64,000 nt of DNA from a virus: IMG/VR virus record IMGVR_UViG_3300045988_110202, positions 1 through 64,000 of that record; one strand, written 5' to 3'. The first letter of the stretch is position 1. Every line of letters starts with the position of its first letter. The position numbers and the translations under genes were made by a program. Shown piece after piece: positions 30,014 to 43,201 of the stretch. The notes below the pieces were generated by a model. It saw only the letters and a program-made list of their open reading frames with translations. It was not told the DNA's origin and searched no databases.

Positions 30014-31381
30014 CTAATTCCATACTTCATCATCCTCACTTTCTTCATTATCATATAAGTTTTCCACTGGTGCTGTCTGTTGGAACATATCTGTTGGAGA
30101 TAGGTTTCTAGCTTCACACATTGCACAAAAGACTTTCAGTACCTTATCCCATTCATGTTCTTGAATCCACTGTAGAAATGGTTTCTTCCCACGTTTCTTA
30201 ACATCAATCTGATATTTGTATTGCAAATTCTTATAAAGCTCATTCCACATAACAGAGAATTGCGTTCCTGTTACCGCAGCCAACTTCCTAATCCCAGCGT
30301 TCATCTTATTGCGATCATCCCATGTTAAAATTTCCGCTGCTAATAACTTGTTATCATTCTGCAACTTCTGATTCTCTTCTTTAAGTTCTTTATTTTGTGT
30401 TCGCAGATCGGTTACCATAGCAAGCTTGACGTCCTCAGAGAATGATGGAAAATAGTGTTCAATAAACTGTGATTCTTTTCCAAAGTCAACTGCACCGCCT
30501 GTCTTACGGATGTTTCTAAGATATTCTTTAATCTGTTTCTTCATCTGCTTTGCAATCGGTTTACGTGACTGCATACACACTTCATAAAGTCCATCTTCTG
30601 TGAGGAACCAAAACGGATTGATGGTCTTTCCAGTAGAATCAATCTGACCTAAATTTGACCCGCTAACATTATTAGCGGTTAAGATTTTGGTCTTATATTT
30701 TTCTTCTGAATCAATCGCCTGTAACATTTTATCCGTTCTATAACTTCCATCAGGGCGTTTACTGTAATCAATCCATTCTGCAACATCTCTTGCTAAGAAC
30801 AACGGATCTTCAATGCTTCTATACAGATCAATTCTTCTGCCTAAAATTTCCGTTGTGTCTACAAGCTGCACACCTGCCTCTACCTGCTCTTGTTCTCTCT
30901 GCTCTTCTATCGTGATATAATCATTAATGAAAACATAATACCTCACGCTCTCGGCAAGTTTTGAAGTTTCCATTAGTAAAGATAACCTGATCAAACATTT
31001 AAGAGTAAACACCTTAGCACCCTTATAGCCGAATGAGATATTCAATCCGTTCGGATACGTTACCATGATTCTTCCCTTCTGTTTTTCCGTTGTTGCGTCC
31101 TGACCGTCAATGATCTCTTGTACTGTCTTAACTTCCATTCCATCGTCTAAAAACTCTTTGCGATACTTCGTACACAACCTCTTAACCTCGTCAACATTTC
31201 CATCAAAGAATCGTGCTACCTGTTCTGTAGTAATATAATCTCGTCCAGGAAGCCACGGGATCGGCTTGATTGTAACCTGTTTTAAAAGTTCTGTGTTCTG
31301 CACCAACTCATCCCTCTTTGCTTTGTCCAAAATTGGATCGCAAGGGATTTCCATTTCGTTTAGATTCATAATTAATTCCAC
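30014..31381 (-). CDS. antirepressor-like protein (possible KilAC/Ant-type C-terminal domain)
   Basis: 455-aa ORF; weak resemblance only. Confidence 0.3.
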   Translation of the reverse strand: MELIMNLNEMEIPCDPILDKAKRDELVQNTELLKQVTIKPIPWLPGRDYITTEQVARFFDGNVDEVKRLCTKYRKEFLDDGMEVKTVQEIIDGQDATTEKQKGRIMVTYPNGLNISFGYKGAKVFTLKCLIRLSLLMETSKLAESVRYYVFINDYITIEEQREQEQVEAGVQLVDTTEILGRRIDLYRSIEDPLFLARDVAEWIDYSKRPDGSYRTDKMLQAIDSEEKYKTKILTANNVSGSNLGQIDSTGKTINPFWFLTEDGLYEVCMQSRKPIAKQMKKQIKEYLRNIRKTGGAVDFGKESQFIEHYFPSFSEDVKLAMVTDLRTQNKELKEENQKLQNDNKLLAAEILTWDDRNKMNAGIRKLAAVTGTQFSVMWNELYKNLQYKYQIDVKKRGKKPFLQWIQEHEWDKVLKVFCAMCEARNLSPTDMFQQTAPVENLYDNEESEDDEVWN

Positions 31382-31462
31382 CTTTCTTATGTAAAAATTT
31401 GTATTAAAAAAGACACTCTGGAATTTTCCATAAGTGTCCTAGTTACCTATATTAATTTGTAT

Positions 31463-34400
31463 TCATTCTAATTCTAGTTCATCAATTTCTGGCGTATCGG
31501 AATGATCCATTTCCCTTAGTTCTTCGATACTTGTTCCAAGCAAAGTAAGAGCCGACTTAAATCGTTTAGGATCAATATATCCTGTAGGTCTATGCCAAAA
31601 ATTTTTAGCAAAATTGGGATCTTCTTTTTCCAATTCATATGCTATGTGATCGGCTTTATCATACAATAGCCTTGCTCGTGTTGGCAGTTTCATCGGTTCA
31701 TATCCTCTACTCTGCTATCTGTAATCTTCTATTATGTTATCCCAACTAAGATCATCAGGAATCTTTTCTATTATATATACTTCTTGTAATGCTTCTTCAG
31801 GTACATCAGGATAATGAATTAGAGCATACCTCTCTTTTCCATTCTTAACATATTTATATACTTCATGTTCAAGATCTGGAAGTGCTACATATTCTAATCC
31901 GTTTTTCTTTAGTCCATCTACCCAGTTTGTTTCTGTAAATGTCTGAACCCATACATCTTTCCCATAATGCTTGAATTTATTCATATTCATAACTCCTTCC
32001 ATATATAATCTGCTTTATCAAATAATATTTTCCATTCTATCTTCCATTCCAAAGATCGGAAAAGAACTTATAAATCCCATACAGAATAGCAACAAATGCT
32101 ATAACCATTAAAATTCCATAACCACCACCTAAAATAGCTCCTAACATATATTCCAAAGTGTCCTCTGGAACGATAAATATAATTATTAATAATAAAACCA
32201 ATGGCATAATTTACTCTCCTTTGCTCTGTTCTTTAAGTTTTTTGTTTGTCTTGTATCTCAACTAATATGTATATATCATCATCTTCTCTGACTGTAGTAA
32301 ACAGTCCATAAAAATTACACTTCGCTTTCCTCTACCTCACTTGCAAATAACTCGTACTCATAGTCGTAACCACCGCCATCACAAGGAATATCAATATCTC
32401 CTGTATTAATCTTTTCCGCTACAATATTTCTTGCTTCATCCTCTGTTTCTGCTTTAATTTCAACTGATCTCTTATATGTTTCTACAACATCTATTATATA
32501 TTTTTTCATGTAAATTTCCATCCTTCCTATTGTTTTTCTAGTGCTTCAATAAAAGTCTTATACATAAGAATATCTTGCTTAAGACAGTTCTCAAAGACCA
32601 CTTTGCCTTTTTGATTAAGAAATAAATCAGAAGAAAGATTTTGTAATCGTATTTCATAATTTTTCTTTCGTCTATTTAATTTTTCCAACAATTCTTCTCG
32701 TGTTCCACATTGTCGGATGTCGGGACCTAAGCTACTATTTAATTCCATATCATTTCCATACCAATAAAAATTTCTTTTTGAGTCTGGGCTGCATACCAAT
32801 TTACATACTACACCAAGACCATCTGGTTTGGTCGTTGTTCCATAATTTGATTCTACTAAAACTCTCATGATTATTTCTATCCTTCCTACAATAAAATTGA
32901 CATTTAATTAGTTAATAGATCCATCTGCATTGACAAGTTTGTTTTCCATTTCTGCGTTATCATCTGCAATATTCTGTAACACATGAAATAGCAGATCATC
33001 TATCATAGATAAATTTCCAATACTTTTAGTCAGCATTTCCATATCCTCTCTGTAGTCATCAACAGAGCTATCATAATCCATATCTAAAGACATATTGAAT
33101 AAAATATTTGCAATTCTCTCTTCTTCTGATCCACTAATAAGACTTATAACATTATCAATGTCATAACATTCTGTAATATAAGGATAACACTTTGCTTTCC
33201 ATTCAAAAGACGTTTCATATGGTGTTACATGACTGTGCGAATCTACAACATCGCATATATAACCTTCTTTTTCCAATACATCTGCCCAAACTGGAATATC
33301 AGTATTGTTTGTATATGCTTTACAGCTTTCTACTTCTAACGCTTTCAATCTTTCCACAGGTGCGTTTGTTCTAAAAATAACTAACTCTCCATCCATTCCA
33401 GGACTATCAGATAAAGTAATTAATCTTGTTTTATTTTCCATTGTTCGTCACTCCTATTCATGTGATAAAACTTTTCTTTTATGCTACTACTTCAATCAAT
33501 CGAATCATTGATTCTTTGTAGATAGTTGTTCCATCCACGTCCAATCGTTCAATACATTTAACTATTGACATAGGCTTATTCTTTGGTAACTGCCATGCAT
33601 ACATACCAAGCCAATCTTGTAATAAATTTAACATCGAATAATTTCCAAACGGACATCCTTTTGGCTTGAATTCAGTTAAGATTTCTTTTACCCTACTTGT
33701 TAATGTCATACGTATTGTTCCACCTGATGTAACTACAATATAATTTTCTTTCATAATTTCCACTCCTATCTGTAATAAAGTTTTCTATAAAGCTTTCAAT
33801 TCTTCTTTTGTATACTTACTCCATTTTCCAGTCTGAACACCATTCATTCTTTCTTCAAAAGTTCTTTTTCTCATGCCATACTGTTCCGTTGCAACTCTAT
33901 AAAAGTCATAAACAAGATCTTTTTTGGTATCAATAATCATAAAATCATGTGGATTATTCGTATTATCAAGAATGTATTGCATAAAATCTCTGAATGTGAC
34001 AAGATCATTTGTCGTACACCAACATATTGCTTTATCATTTTCCTTTGTTACAAATTTTACTGTCTGCATATTCATTTCTCCTAATCTTTAAAACATTAAT
34101 CCACCTAAGTCTGCTTTTGCTTTATGATATTTTGCTAACCAAAAATTTCTGTCAAGTTGCACAAGGTCATATTTCCGTTTCATTCTTTCCAGCTCTTTGT
34201 TGGTTTTACAAACATATGGATTAGACCCATCTTCAAATTTAATATGATTCCATGCCATAATTTCCACCTCATATCTTTCCGTTAAATCTGCATTTTATTA
34301 TCCGACCAGTTCTAAGTATCCAGCTTTCACAAGATCCTCTTTCTGTGACAGTGGTTGCGGTACATACTGCATACCCTTTTCTCGATCGTAGTCGTAATAC

Positions 34401-37400
34401 CATACACCGTATTCTTCAATCGGCTCCAGGATATGAATTGCAAGACTAACTTCCATCACGTTAACTGCTTCAACGCAAGCATTTTTCATATCTTCTAAAC
34501 TACATAATGTGCTGTATTGTGGTTTTAATTTTTCCACAAAGTCCTCAAAATCTAATCTTTCGTACTCTTCTTTACTAACTTTCATTCGTTCTTACCTCGT
34601 TTCTTTCCATCAAAAAAGGAAGATACATTTCTGCATCTTCCTAGATTACTTTGTTTTTATTTAATTTTCCGTTAGTCTATAAACAATAATTAATCAAATA
34701 TTCTTTTCCATTATATTCTACAAAACTATATCCACTCATCGGTTTTTTAGTTTCAAGCATCTTCTTATATGCTTCAATTCCTTCCTTGTCTTCTTGCCAA
34801 TCTTCCATAAACTGACCAAAATGTTCTGTAAAATCTTTCAATTCATATACTACTGTACTATTTTTTAACAATCGTTCCGCTTCTTTTCGTGTACAACGAT
34901 CTTCCATTAAAATTTCCACATTCTTTTCAAATTCTTTTCTTTCATAATCAAACATAATTTACCACCTACATTCCCTTCTTGATCATATTTTCCGCTACTA
35001 TTCTAACCAACCATGAATATTTCCAGTGCATATTAAGGTAGTCATTATAAGCATTTCTGATAATCTCATCTGCCCTATCTTTATCATAATTTTCTTGAGT
35101 CCATTCAACGTCCCACTTTTCTGCATCGGTTGATAATAGCCAATCTTCAAAATCCATTGCATGATCACGATTATCTTTAATATCTGCGACAGCTTTTTCC
35201 ATATCATCATCCATGATTTTTACTATAAGATTTCCGTTGTCGTCAACAATATTCCACCATTCTTCTTCAAATTTTCCGTAATAATCACGTTGTACTAGTA
35301 TCTTGATCTTGTCGTATTTTTTCCAATCGTACTTAGTGCTTGTCACACATAAACTTCCGTCAGAACTCTTCCCGTAGTACCAATCACAGTTATATTGATT
35401 TAATTTGATTGTATAACCATGATAAGTGATTTTTGTAAATCCATCAGGCATTTCAGGAATCTTATGGATCTCAAAGCACTCAGGATATTTAATATATTCA
35501 AATAAAAGTGTTTCGATTGTGTTTCCATATTCCATAACATCAAAGTGATCAATTCCACTCATAATATCATCATTAAGGTTTTCATAATCATTCTCGCTAT
35601 ACCCATACTTCATCATAAGATTACTTAGATAATCAAAGTTCTTGAACTCTTCATTCTCATAAAGCACCGTTTTCTTTCCAGTAGATTGTTCTGTCATAAT
35701 AAGTTCTTTGTACTTCATAATTTCCACCATCCTTTTTAGGAACTGACTGCCTTGCGGTCAGATTTTAAGTTAACTGTTCTCTTATATTATACACGATAAT
35801 TTCCATCGTGTGAAGTGGCGGAGTGGAAATTGAACCCACCGATAAAAGCACTCTTTTATCTACCATACGCCACCGTTTTTCCGTTCCAATACGTCACTAC
35901 CATCAACCAGTAGTACAGTCATTCCGTTCATTTAAAGTAACTATTAGCTTCAATAGTCGAGTCTTTCCGTTAGGGTGTATACTCATATCATCATGAGTAG
36001 TAAAAGCCTTTAATTGGCTATGTAACTAAATAATTCTGACGGATCTTCTTTTAAAATTTCCGTCATGCTGTTAATTGCTTCTTCTTGTGTTCTATACTTC
36101 CGAAAAATTCCGAACGTGTTCTTGAATAATAAGAAGTATTTGTAACCATGTAAGCTATCATCAGTTCCAGCGTTCGGAAGATTTTCCGTGTAGTACAGTG
36201 TGTTGTACTTTCGTTCAATGTGACACGCTAATGCTTCCATAGTCGTTCTGCGACTCATTCTTTCCACCTACTTTCTATTCTTCTTTATATTTAAAATAAA
36301 CATCTACGTTGTTCTTATCATCGTGTGACCAACTAGATCCAACATATTTTCCACTGTTGCCGCAATCTTCAAGATCATACTCACAGTATAAGTCGTTATA
36401 CTCATCAGGCGTGTTACAGAAAATTTCCGTTCTACCGTCAGGATATTCATTTCTTACTATCATAATTTCCACCTTCCTTCTATAATCTTTCCATCAGTTC
36501 TACAGCTAAGATGTACGCTACATACTTCCACACGTTCACGTAGCCGTTCAGATCTTCCAATCTACATTGTAAAGCTGTATGAATCATTCCATCGCAGAAT
36601 CCCTTGCACTTAAGTTCTGCGACAAGATCTTTCTTTGCAATCGGTGGCAAGTCTGATACTTTGATTTTTCCAATGTCAAAAGTGTTACGTTCTTCCTTTT
36701 CTACTGTCTGAATCACTACCGTTTTTCGTTCTGTTATCTTTAAAATTTCCATGATTATTCTCCTTATTTACTTAAAATTTTCCAATTATCAATGTTGCTA
36801 TCATCGAAAAAACTATGCACTTCTTGTTCTGTAAGTGGAGTTATACCATACACTCCATCATATCCAAACTTTTCAATATCTTCTTTGCAAAAATTTTCCG
36901 CTTCTTGTAACGATGGATAATGATCAGCTTTAATTGCTATGCTGTATTCTGCATCAATCATCCCATGAACGATAGGGATTCCATCATCTGTTTCATATGG
37001 GCTTTCTGATTTTTCATTAAATTTTCTACCGAATTCAATTTCATAATATTTAACTTTATTCTTTAAAATTTCCATTCTATCTTACCTCCTTTTCTTTCTT
37101 ATAAATCATTCTGCGATATTGGTAATCACAATATAATTTCCATTTCCCTTAAGATATAACAATTCATACACCTCCCCATCGTATCCGCCATTATTTTGTT
37201 TATAGCCATCTAGTGTATTGTATTTTTCATAGTTAATAATGTAATCACACATATCATATAAACCAGTTTCCATTGCTTCTTTATTTCTATATTCAATTTC
37301 ATTCTTATCTTTATATTTATGACTATTTACATTATCGTAGCTACATTTTACAAATGGCACATTAAGATATTTTGCAAGATCATTTTCAATTTCTTTTAGT

Positions 37401-40400
37401 TCTGTTCCATCTTTTTTCAATTCATATCTATTTCCAATCATATCTATCGTTCCTCCTATTCATATAATTCATACGCAATTCGATTGACTTCATCTGTGAT
37501 ATTTTCCACAATAGATTCTTGACTTTTCGTGACGTTATCTTCACACCACGTTTTAAAATCTGATACCCCATTCTCTCCGCAATCGTGAAAGAAATTTTCC
37601 ATTAACTCTAACACTGCCGTTCTATCATAAATGTTTGTTTTGACTTTGATTTTAGCCATCTTCCAACACTCCTATTCTATGCCGTTTCTAATTCTTCTTT
37701 CTCACATTCTTCACGATCCTTATAATAAGCATCATAGAGTTCTTTATATTTCTCATAGCTGTCTGTCATGTACAGTTCGTTGACACTAGACCATTCATTC
37801 AAGCCATTTTCTAAGATCATCACGTATTTTCTTAGTTTGACTCTGCCCCATCTCATGTTATTATTTCCAATATCAAAGAAATAGTTATCTAACATACAGC
37901 CTTCAAAACTATCTTCTAAGTAATCATCTAAGGTCGTGCAAAACATTTCTAGTGTATCATTATCAATAATCGTTCTATAATCTTTCATGATTTCTAACCT
38001 TCTTTCTATCTGATTTTTCCATTATCTGCGATCGCTTCTACGTCATCACAGTAACTATTACAAGGATTCCATACACAATAGCTTGTTACGTGCTTTCCCT
38101 TGCGTACACGTTTGTTATACGCAAGGTAGTAACCTTTTCCATACGTTCCATGTTTACCTCCGGCAGAAACACTTTTAATAATTTCCACATAAATCGTATG
38201 CTTTACAGCACGTTCACGGATCATTTTATCGGTTAATTTTCCAGTGCTGATATACTTTACTCTATAGGCTTTTAAGTCGTACTCATGGCGTATATAATCG
38301 TTTACAAGCTGGATGTTCTTATTCTTTGCATTGATCTTTACGATCGAATCATCGAGTTTGTTTCTAGTGCCGTGAGTATTGAATTTTACAGTTACAACGG
38401 TAGTCTCTGGATAGGCATATGATTCCTTGCGTACTTTCCAGCAAGAGCCATCTGCCGTATCAATTGTGCCGTCACTGTTATAAATGCCGTTTATCGTTCT
38501 GTACGTGCTTCTTTTTGTCTTTGCGTGTACTGTATTTTCCATCATTAAAAAAGCCGTAAACATAAGTGCTACGGCTAATAAGATCTTAATTGTTTTGTTC
38601 TGTTTTGTTCTCATTGTGTTTTTACCTTCTTTCTTAATATTCAAAATTCGGAAATAGTTCGTATAAATCTTCTTCATCTATGTATTTTCCATTAATTGTG
38701 ATACTAACGGCATAGGATACAAAATATTTTCCATTATCATCTTCTAAACCATCATCATCTTCTTGTTTCCAAAAAGAAAAGCAACTACCACAAATACAAA
38801 TATCTTTTGCTTCTAAATTGTTAATAAAATGCTGATTGATTTCATTAAGAACGAATTGTTCAAAATTGAAATTTTCCGCTTTTGCCAATGTGGATTTTCC
38901 CGTTAACCAGTCTGCATCTTTTCCACGTAAAGGATCAATAAGTTCTCCGTGTTCATTCTCTTGAAATATGTCGGCAGAAATCCCATGCAATTTAATTGTG
39001 TCAAGTTCTCTATATTTTTCAAAATTCATAATCATTTACCTTCTTTCTTATTTTGTATCTGTATCATCATCAAAAAATCCAACGCAAGCAAGCATATAGA
39101 CAGCGGTAATCATTACCAACAACGCTTCTAATATAAAGGCTTGCGGGATCTTGATAAACGTAATAATAGCCATTGCGATTCCTACAAGTGCAATGACTAT
39201 ATCTGTTAGTTTTGGTTTATGTAATTGTGCTTTTTCCATTGTTCTTCCTTCTTTCTGCCCTTTACGGGACTTTATTGCTTTATAGGTTCAACAAAATAGA
39301 CAAGTCGTGTTTTGACTTGTCTATAATATTCAATCTATAAATACGCCACAAACTCTGAAAAATCAACCGTATCATATAAGTTCTTGATTTTCTCATGATA
39401 TACATTATCCAGTTCTTCTTGAGTATCTACCCACGGCATACCATTAAAAACCTTCTCAGCTTCTTGCAAGATATACTGTTTTGCTAATGGCTGTAAATCA
39501 CAAACAACCGTTTCTGCTTCTTTATGTGGACAAAACGGTTCAATAAGATCCATTCTTATATTGTCTTTAATATAATCATCTAAACTTGAACCGTTCTTTT
39601 TATCATCCGATTTATTAAAAAATTCTAACAGTTGTCCAACCGTTAGAATTTTAATCTCATTGTCATCATATTCATCAGCATATAAATATTGTTCCATAAT
39701 TCAAACACTCCTTTTATTTAATATCGTTTAGTGTATATGGTTTATCGTTAATATAATCTTGTGATTCTAACCCTTCTTTACAATTATGGTAATAATTTAA
39801 CAACATTACTATTTCATGATCGGGTATACACATTTCATTATCGTCATTACCAAACCCTTTAACAAAAATCCCGTTTGGCGTTTCTTTGATTGTAAATAAA
39901 CTATCGTTGTTTGTATGTATTATTTTCATGATTAATAACCTCCTAAATAATAATATTACTTTCTTTTTTAAGTAGCTTTCTAAACTCCCTAAAGCAAAGA
40001 TAATCCATTAAGTTTGCCGTTTCTTCCACGTCAACAACTTCTCTTCCAGTCCAGTCTTTCATGATAATACTTGATACTCTTTCATCATCTTTGTATAGAC
40101 AATAAATATCAGCACCAAAACCACGCAACCCCATGTGGAAATGTTTCCACTTTTCAAAGTTGGTGTATTTATCATAAATACCGCCGTTGATTTCATCTGT
40201 TATGATATTCCAGTAAGTAAGAAAAGGACTGTTTTCACAGTCCTTTTTATCATACTCGTGTGCTTCTAACCAATCTTTGATTGATTCCGTTAAATAGATT
40301 CTGATTTTTTTGTTGATTTCTTTGTTATATGTAATACTCATAATATACCTTCTTTCTAAATCTAATTATAGAAAATAGCATGAACTAATTCTTGTATGCC

Positions 40401-41006
40401 TCCATTTGTTGTATCTTTTGCACCAATTAATGGATACCATGACACATAAAAAAGATCTAGTCCATAGATTTCTTTGAAAGTTTTTTGTAATCGTTTAAAC
40501 CATTTACTTTCTCGTTCTTCACTCTTATGAGTGCTTACTCGATTATAAGTATTTTCATTGTTTGTAAGCATTAAATTCCTATTAGCTAATCCACACAAAC
40601 GATAATAAGAATTCATTATTTTACGTGCTTCTTTATAATCCGCTGGTGTTGGGTTGCTAGTTTTATAACTAATTAATATATCTAGTTCTTTTTCTCTTCT
40701 TTCTGCGATTGTTAGTTTTTTCATAATAATATACCTTCTTTCTTAAGTTACCCTACATAAAAGCGGGATTTTATAGTTGCAAATAAAAAAGACACAATCT
40801 TTTTTAGATCGTGCCTTTATGGTTTAGAATAGTCCGATATATCCGTATTCTCCATCATACCATTCTTCTAAATCTGCGACTCTTAAGTCGTAGTTATAAC
40901 CCGTGCTAGGGTATCCTTCTTCCATACATTCATACGAAATTTCTTCACACTCAGCTAAAAATTGATTGTGGATTTTTTCTTTTAATCTTTCAATTGCTTC
41001 TTTCAT
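31463..41006 (-). other. array of about 30 small, mostly acidic minus-strand ORFs (putative early/host-takeover block); includes the secreted protein 38006..38677
   Basis: tightly packed ORFs of 60-250 aa, many with overlapping start/stop; 38006..38677 has an N-terminal signal peptide 'ILLAVALMFTAFLMMENTVHA'. Confidence 0.45.
35815..35839 (-). other. tRNA 3'-end-like fragment (T-arm plus acceptor 3' strand) in an intergenic region
   Basis: minus-strand read GTGGG-TTCAATT-TCCAC-TCCGCCA-C; no complete cloverleaf could be built upstream. Confidence 0.35.
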
Positions 41007-41603
41007 AGTTGTTTACCTCCTATCACTACGACCAGCTTTTCAAGGCTGGATTTTTCAGTTATAAGTTCATGAATGGATACAAATAACAGTGTCATGGACA
41101 GTGGCTTGTCTTTCGAGTGCATACCATGCAAGGCGTTAATTTGTACCCCATCATCGACCTATAAAAGAATTATGATATCTTAACCAGCGGATTACTGGTT
41201 GATTCATTGTTAATCTTTGGTTATGATGTTTTATTCAAAAAAACAGAGTATCAAAAATGATACCCTTAAGCTTAAAACTAATTTTTAATAGTTCCATACA
41301 TTTTTCTTTAGTTGTAAAATGTCAAAAACAAGTTATTAATCAAAAAAACTAACTAATAACGTCCGTCCCCCGTTATGTAACACTATCATGATCAACATAA
41401 TAGCTGGTAACAGCTCCTCCCTACGTTGTTCCTGGTTTGCGGTTTATTCCCTACATTATTACCACCGTTTTCTATGTTCTAAAACTTGATCCATCACGAT
41501 CAGTTATCTAGTCTTAGAACTGTATCCCGTAGGATGCCCCTTATGCCCTTGTCCGTACTACTTCCATATTAGAAGATTTTTTAATGAATACACTGTCAAG
41601 AAT

Positions 41604-41632
41604 TTGACAGATTTGAAAAGATTTGATATACT
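41604..41632 (+). promoter_or_regulatory. sigma-70 promoter (TTGACA - 17 nt - TATACT) with an overlapping inverted repeat CTGTCAA/TTGACAG (41593-41610)
   Basis: consensus -35 and near-consensus -10 with exact spacing; the inverted repeat overlaps the -35. Confidence 0.5.
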
Positions 41633-41650
41633 TTAAATTGTCTAGATTTA

Positions 41651-41710
41651 AGATATATTCATATCTTTTTGCCTGGTAAAAGTTGGTAGCTTTTATCAGG
41701 CTTTTTTATT
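41651..41710 (+). terminator. tandem intrinsic terminators
   Basis: AGATAT-attc-ATATCT plus T5 (41651-41671); then GCCTGGTAAAAG..CTTTTATCAGGC plus T6ATT (41671-41710). Confidence 0.45.
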
Positions 41711-41839
41711 CATTTTTCTATATCTTGCAACAAACAAGATATTCAAGTATCAAGTTAATTGAGATTTTAAAGCTCTGCGGATCAATCAAGATCGTTTGTT
41801 TTGCTACTCTTTTAACTTGTCTTTATTATATCATGACTT

Positions 41840-41857
41840 GTATTGTTATGTCAATAC
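41840..41857. promoter_or_regulatory. operator-like palindrome GTATTG-ttatgt-CAATAC (copy 1)
   Basis: lies within a 32-bp direct repeat (41836-41867 and 41963-41994). Confidence 0.55.
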
Positions 41858-41895
41858 TTTTTTAAATTTTTTGATTTACTTTTTTGAGTAAATCG

Positions 41896-41904
41896 TGATA
41901 TAAT
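41896..41904 (+). promoter_or_regulatory. extended -10 promoter element TGaTATAAT
   Basis: between the two operator copies, oriented toward the XRE gene at 42014. Confidence 0.35.
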
Positions 41905-41966
41905 AATATCAATCGGATTGGACTTGTATGTCTTATCCTTTTGACAGTTATAATTATACAATACTT

Positions 41967-41984
41967 GTATTGTTATGTCAATAC
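41967..41984. promoter_or_regulatory. operator-like palindrome GTATTG-ttatgt-CAATAC (copy 2)
   Basis: second copy of the direct repeat, 30 nt upstream of the XRE gene start. Confidence 0.55.
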
Positions 41985-42013
41985 TTTTTTAAATAATTTA
42001 GGAGTAATTTTAT

Positions 42014-42271
42014 ATGTATACTATTGTAAAAAATCAAGATGAACTTATCTTACAGATCAAGCATTATATGCTAGATAATAAATTAAAGCAAAAAGACATA
42101 GTAGTTGCAACGGGATTATCTAAACAGACTATAAGTAATCTGTTAAACGGTAGAAGCAAAAATATGACACTAGACACTCTTTTTATGCTTTTAAATGCTT
42201 TAGATTGTAATCTATCTATATCTTTAAATAAGAAAGACAATACAGATAATACAAGCAAAGAAGATCAATAA
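42014..42271 (+). CDS. XRE-family HTH repressor (cI/Cro-like)
   Basis: 85 aa; 'LKQKDIVVATGLSKQTISNLLNGRSKNMTLDTLFMLLNAL' HTH; RBS AGGAGT upstream. Confidence 0.65.
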   Translation: MYTIVKNQDELILQIKHYMLDNKLKQKDIVVATGLSKQTISNLLNGRSKNMTLDTLFMLLNALDCNLSISLNKKDNTDNTSKEDQ

Positions 42272-42289
42272 TAATGTGTACTATATCTT

Positions 42290-43110
42290 TATACGCCGTA
42301 TGCGCCTATAAGCACTTATACAACCGTTTAAATGCTTTAGAATAAACGTATGCAAAGATCATCTATATAATATAGAAGAAACACGCATATAACAGTATTA
42401 TTAATATAATATATGAGTATATCTGTTATAGTATAGTGTATAACACTTGCCTATGCCGTAGGTGTTTTATTGTATAGTGGTATGTATATGTAGTATATTT
42501 ATATATTATGTTATAAATGTATGTTGTATATAATTGTATGTTATACTATTATATACACTTATATAGTTGTCGTAGTTTGGATCTAGTTTTGCATGGTAAT
42601 ATAAGATATACTATTGTGTTATGTTTATATATGTATTTGTTTAATTTTGATAGCTTGATCTTGTATAATTGATATATATTAATTTGTTTAGTTTGTATCT
42701 TAGTTTGTGTAGTTATTGCAAGTGCTGGAAGTCTGCCAAACATCGAACACTTGTTTGTTTAGTAGTGTAACATGGTTTGGCTGTGCTGTCAAGTGATATA
42801 GATTATAGGTATAGGTTGGTGGTTTGGTATAGAGTGAAGTTATAGGTGGTAGAATGTTAACTTGTATAGAGTTTAGTGGTTAACAATAATATAATGTGAT
42901 CTGTTTTGATTGTTTGTGATTTTGTTAGATAGAGAAAATATTGTTTTGCTGGTGTGGTGTTGTGTGAAGTTTTATTTTTCGTTGATGGTATGGATAGACT
43001 ATCCAACACATTATACAAAAGTGTCGGATAATAGACAAGTGTTGTGTAAATAGTCGCAAAGTAGTAGTCCTATTTTTGAATACTACGACACGTCGTAAAC
43101 CATATTATAT
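42290..43110. other. non-coding block strongly depleted of C on the plus strand (G+T+A rich, many TG/TA alternations)
   Basis: direct counts, e.g. 42781-42840 has 20 G and 3 C; no ORF. Confidence 0.6.
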
Positions 43111-43201
43111 TATACAGCATCTGATACACTATCATGTAGTTTTGAATACTATGTGGAAATAGTTGGAAATTATCTGCACTCCTGATCCTGATCTGCCTAC
43201 A

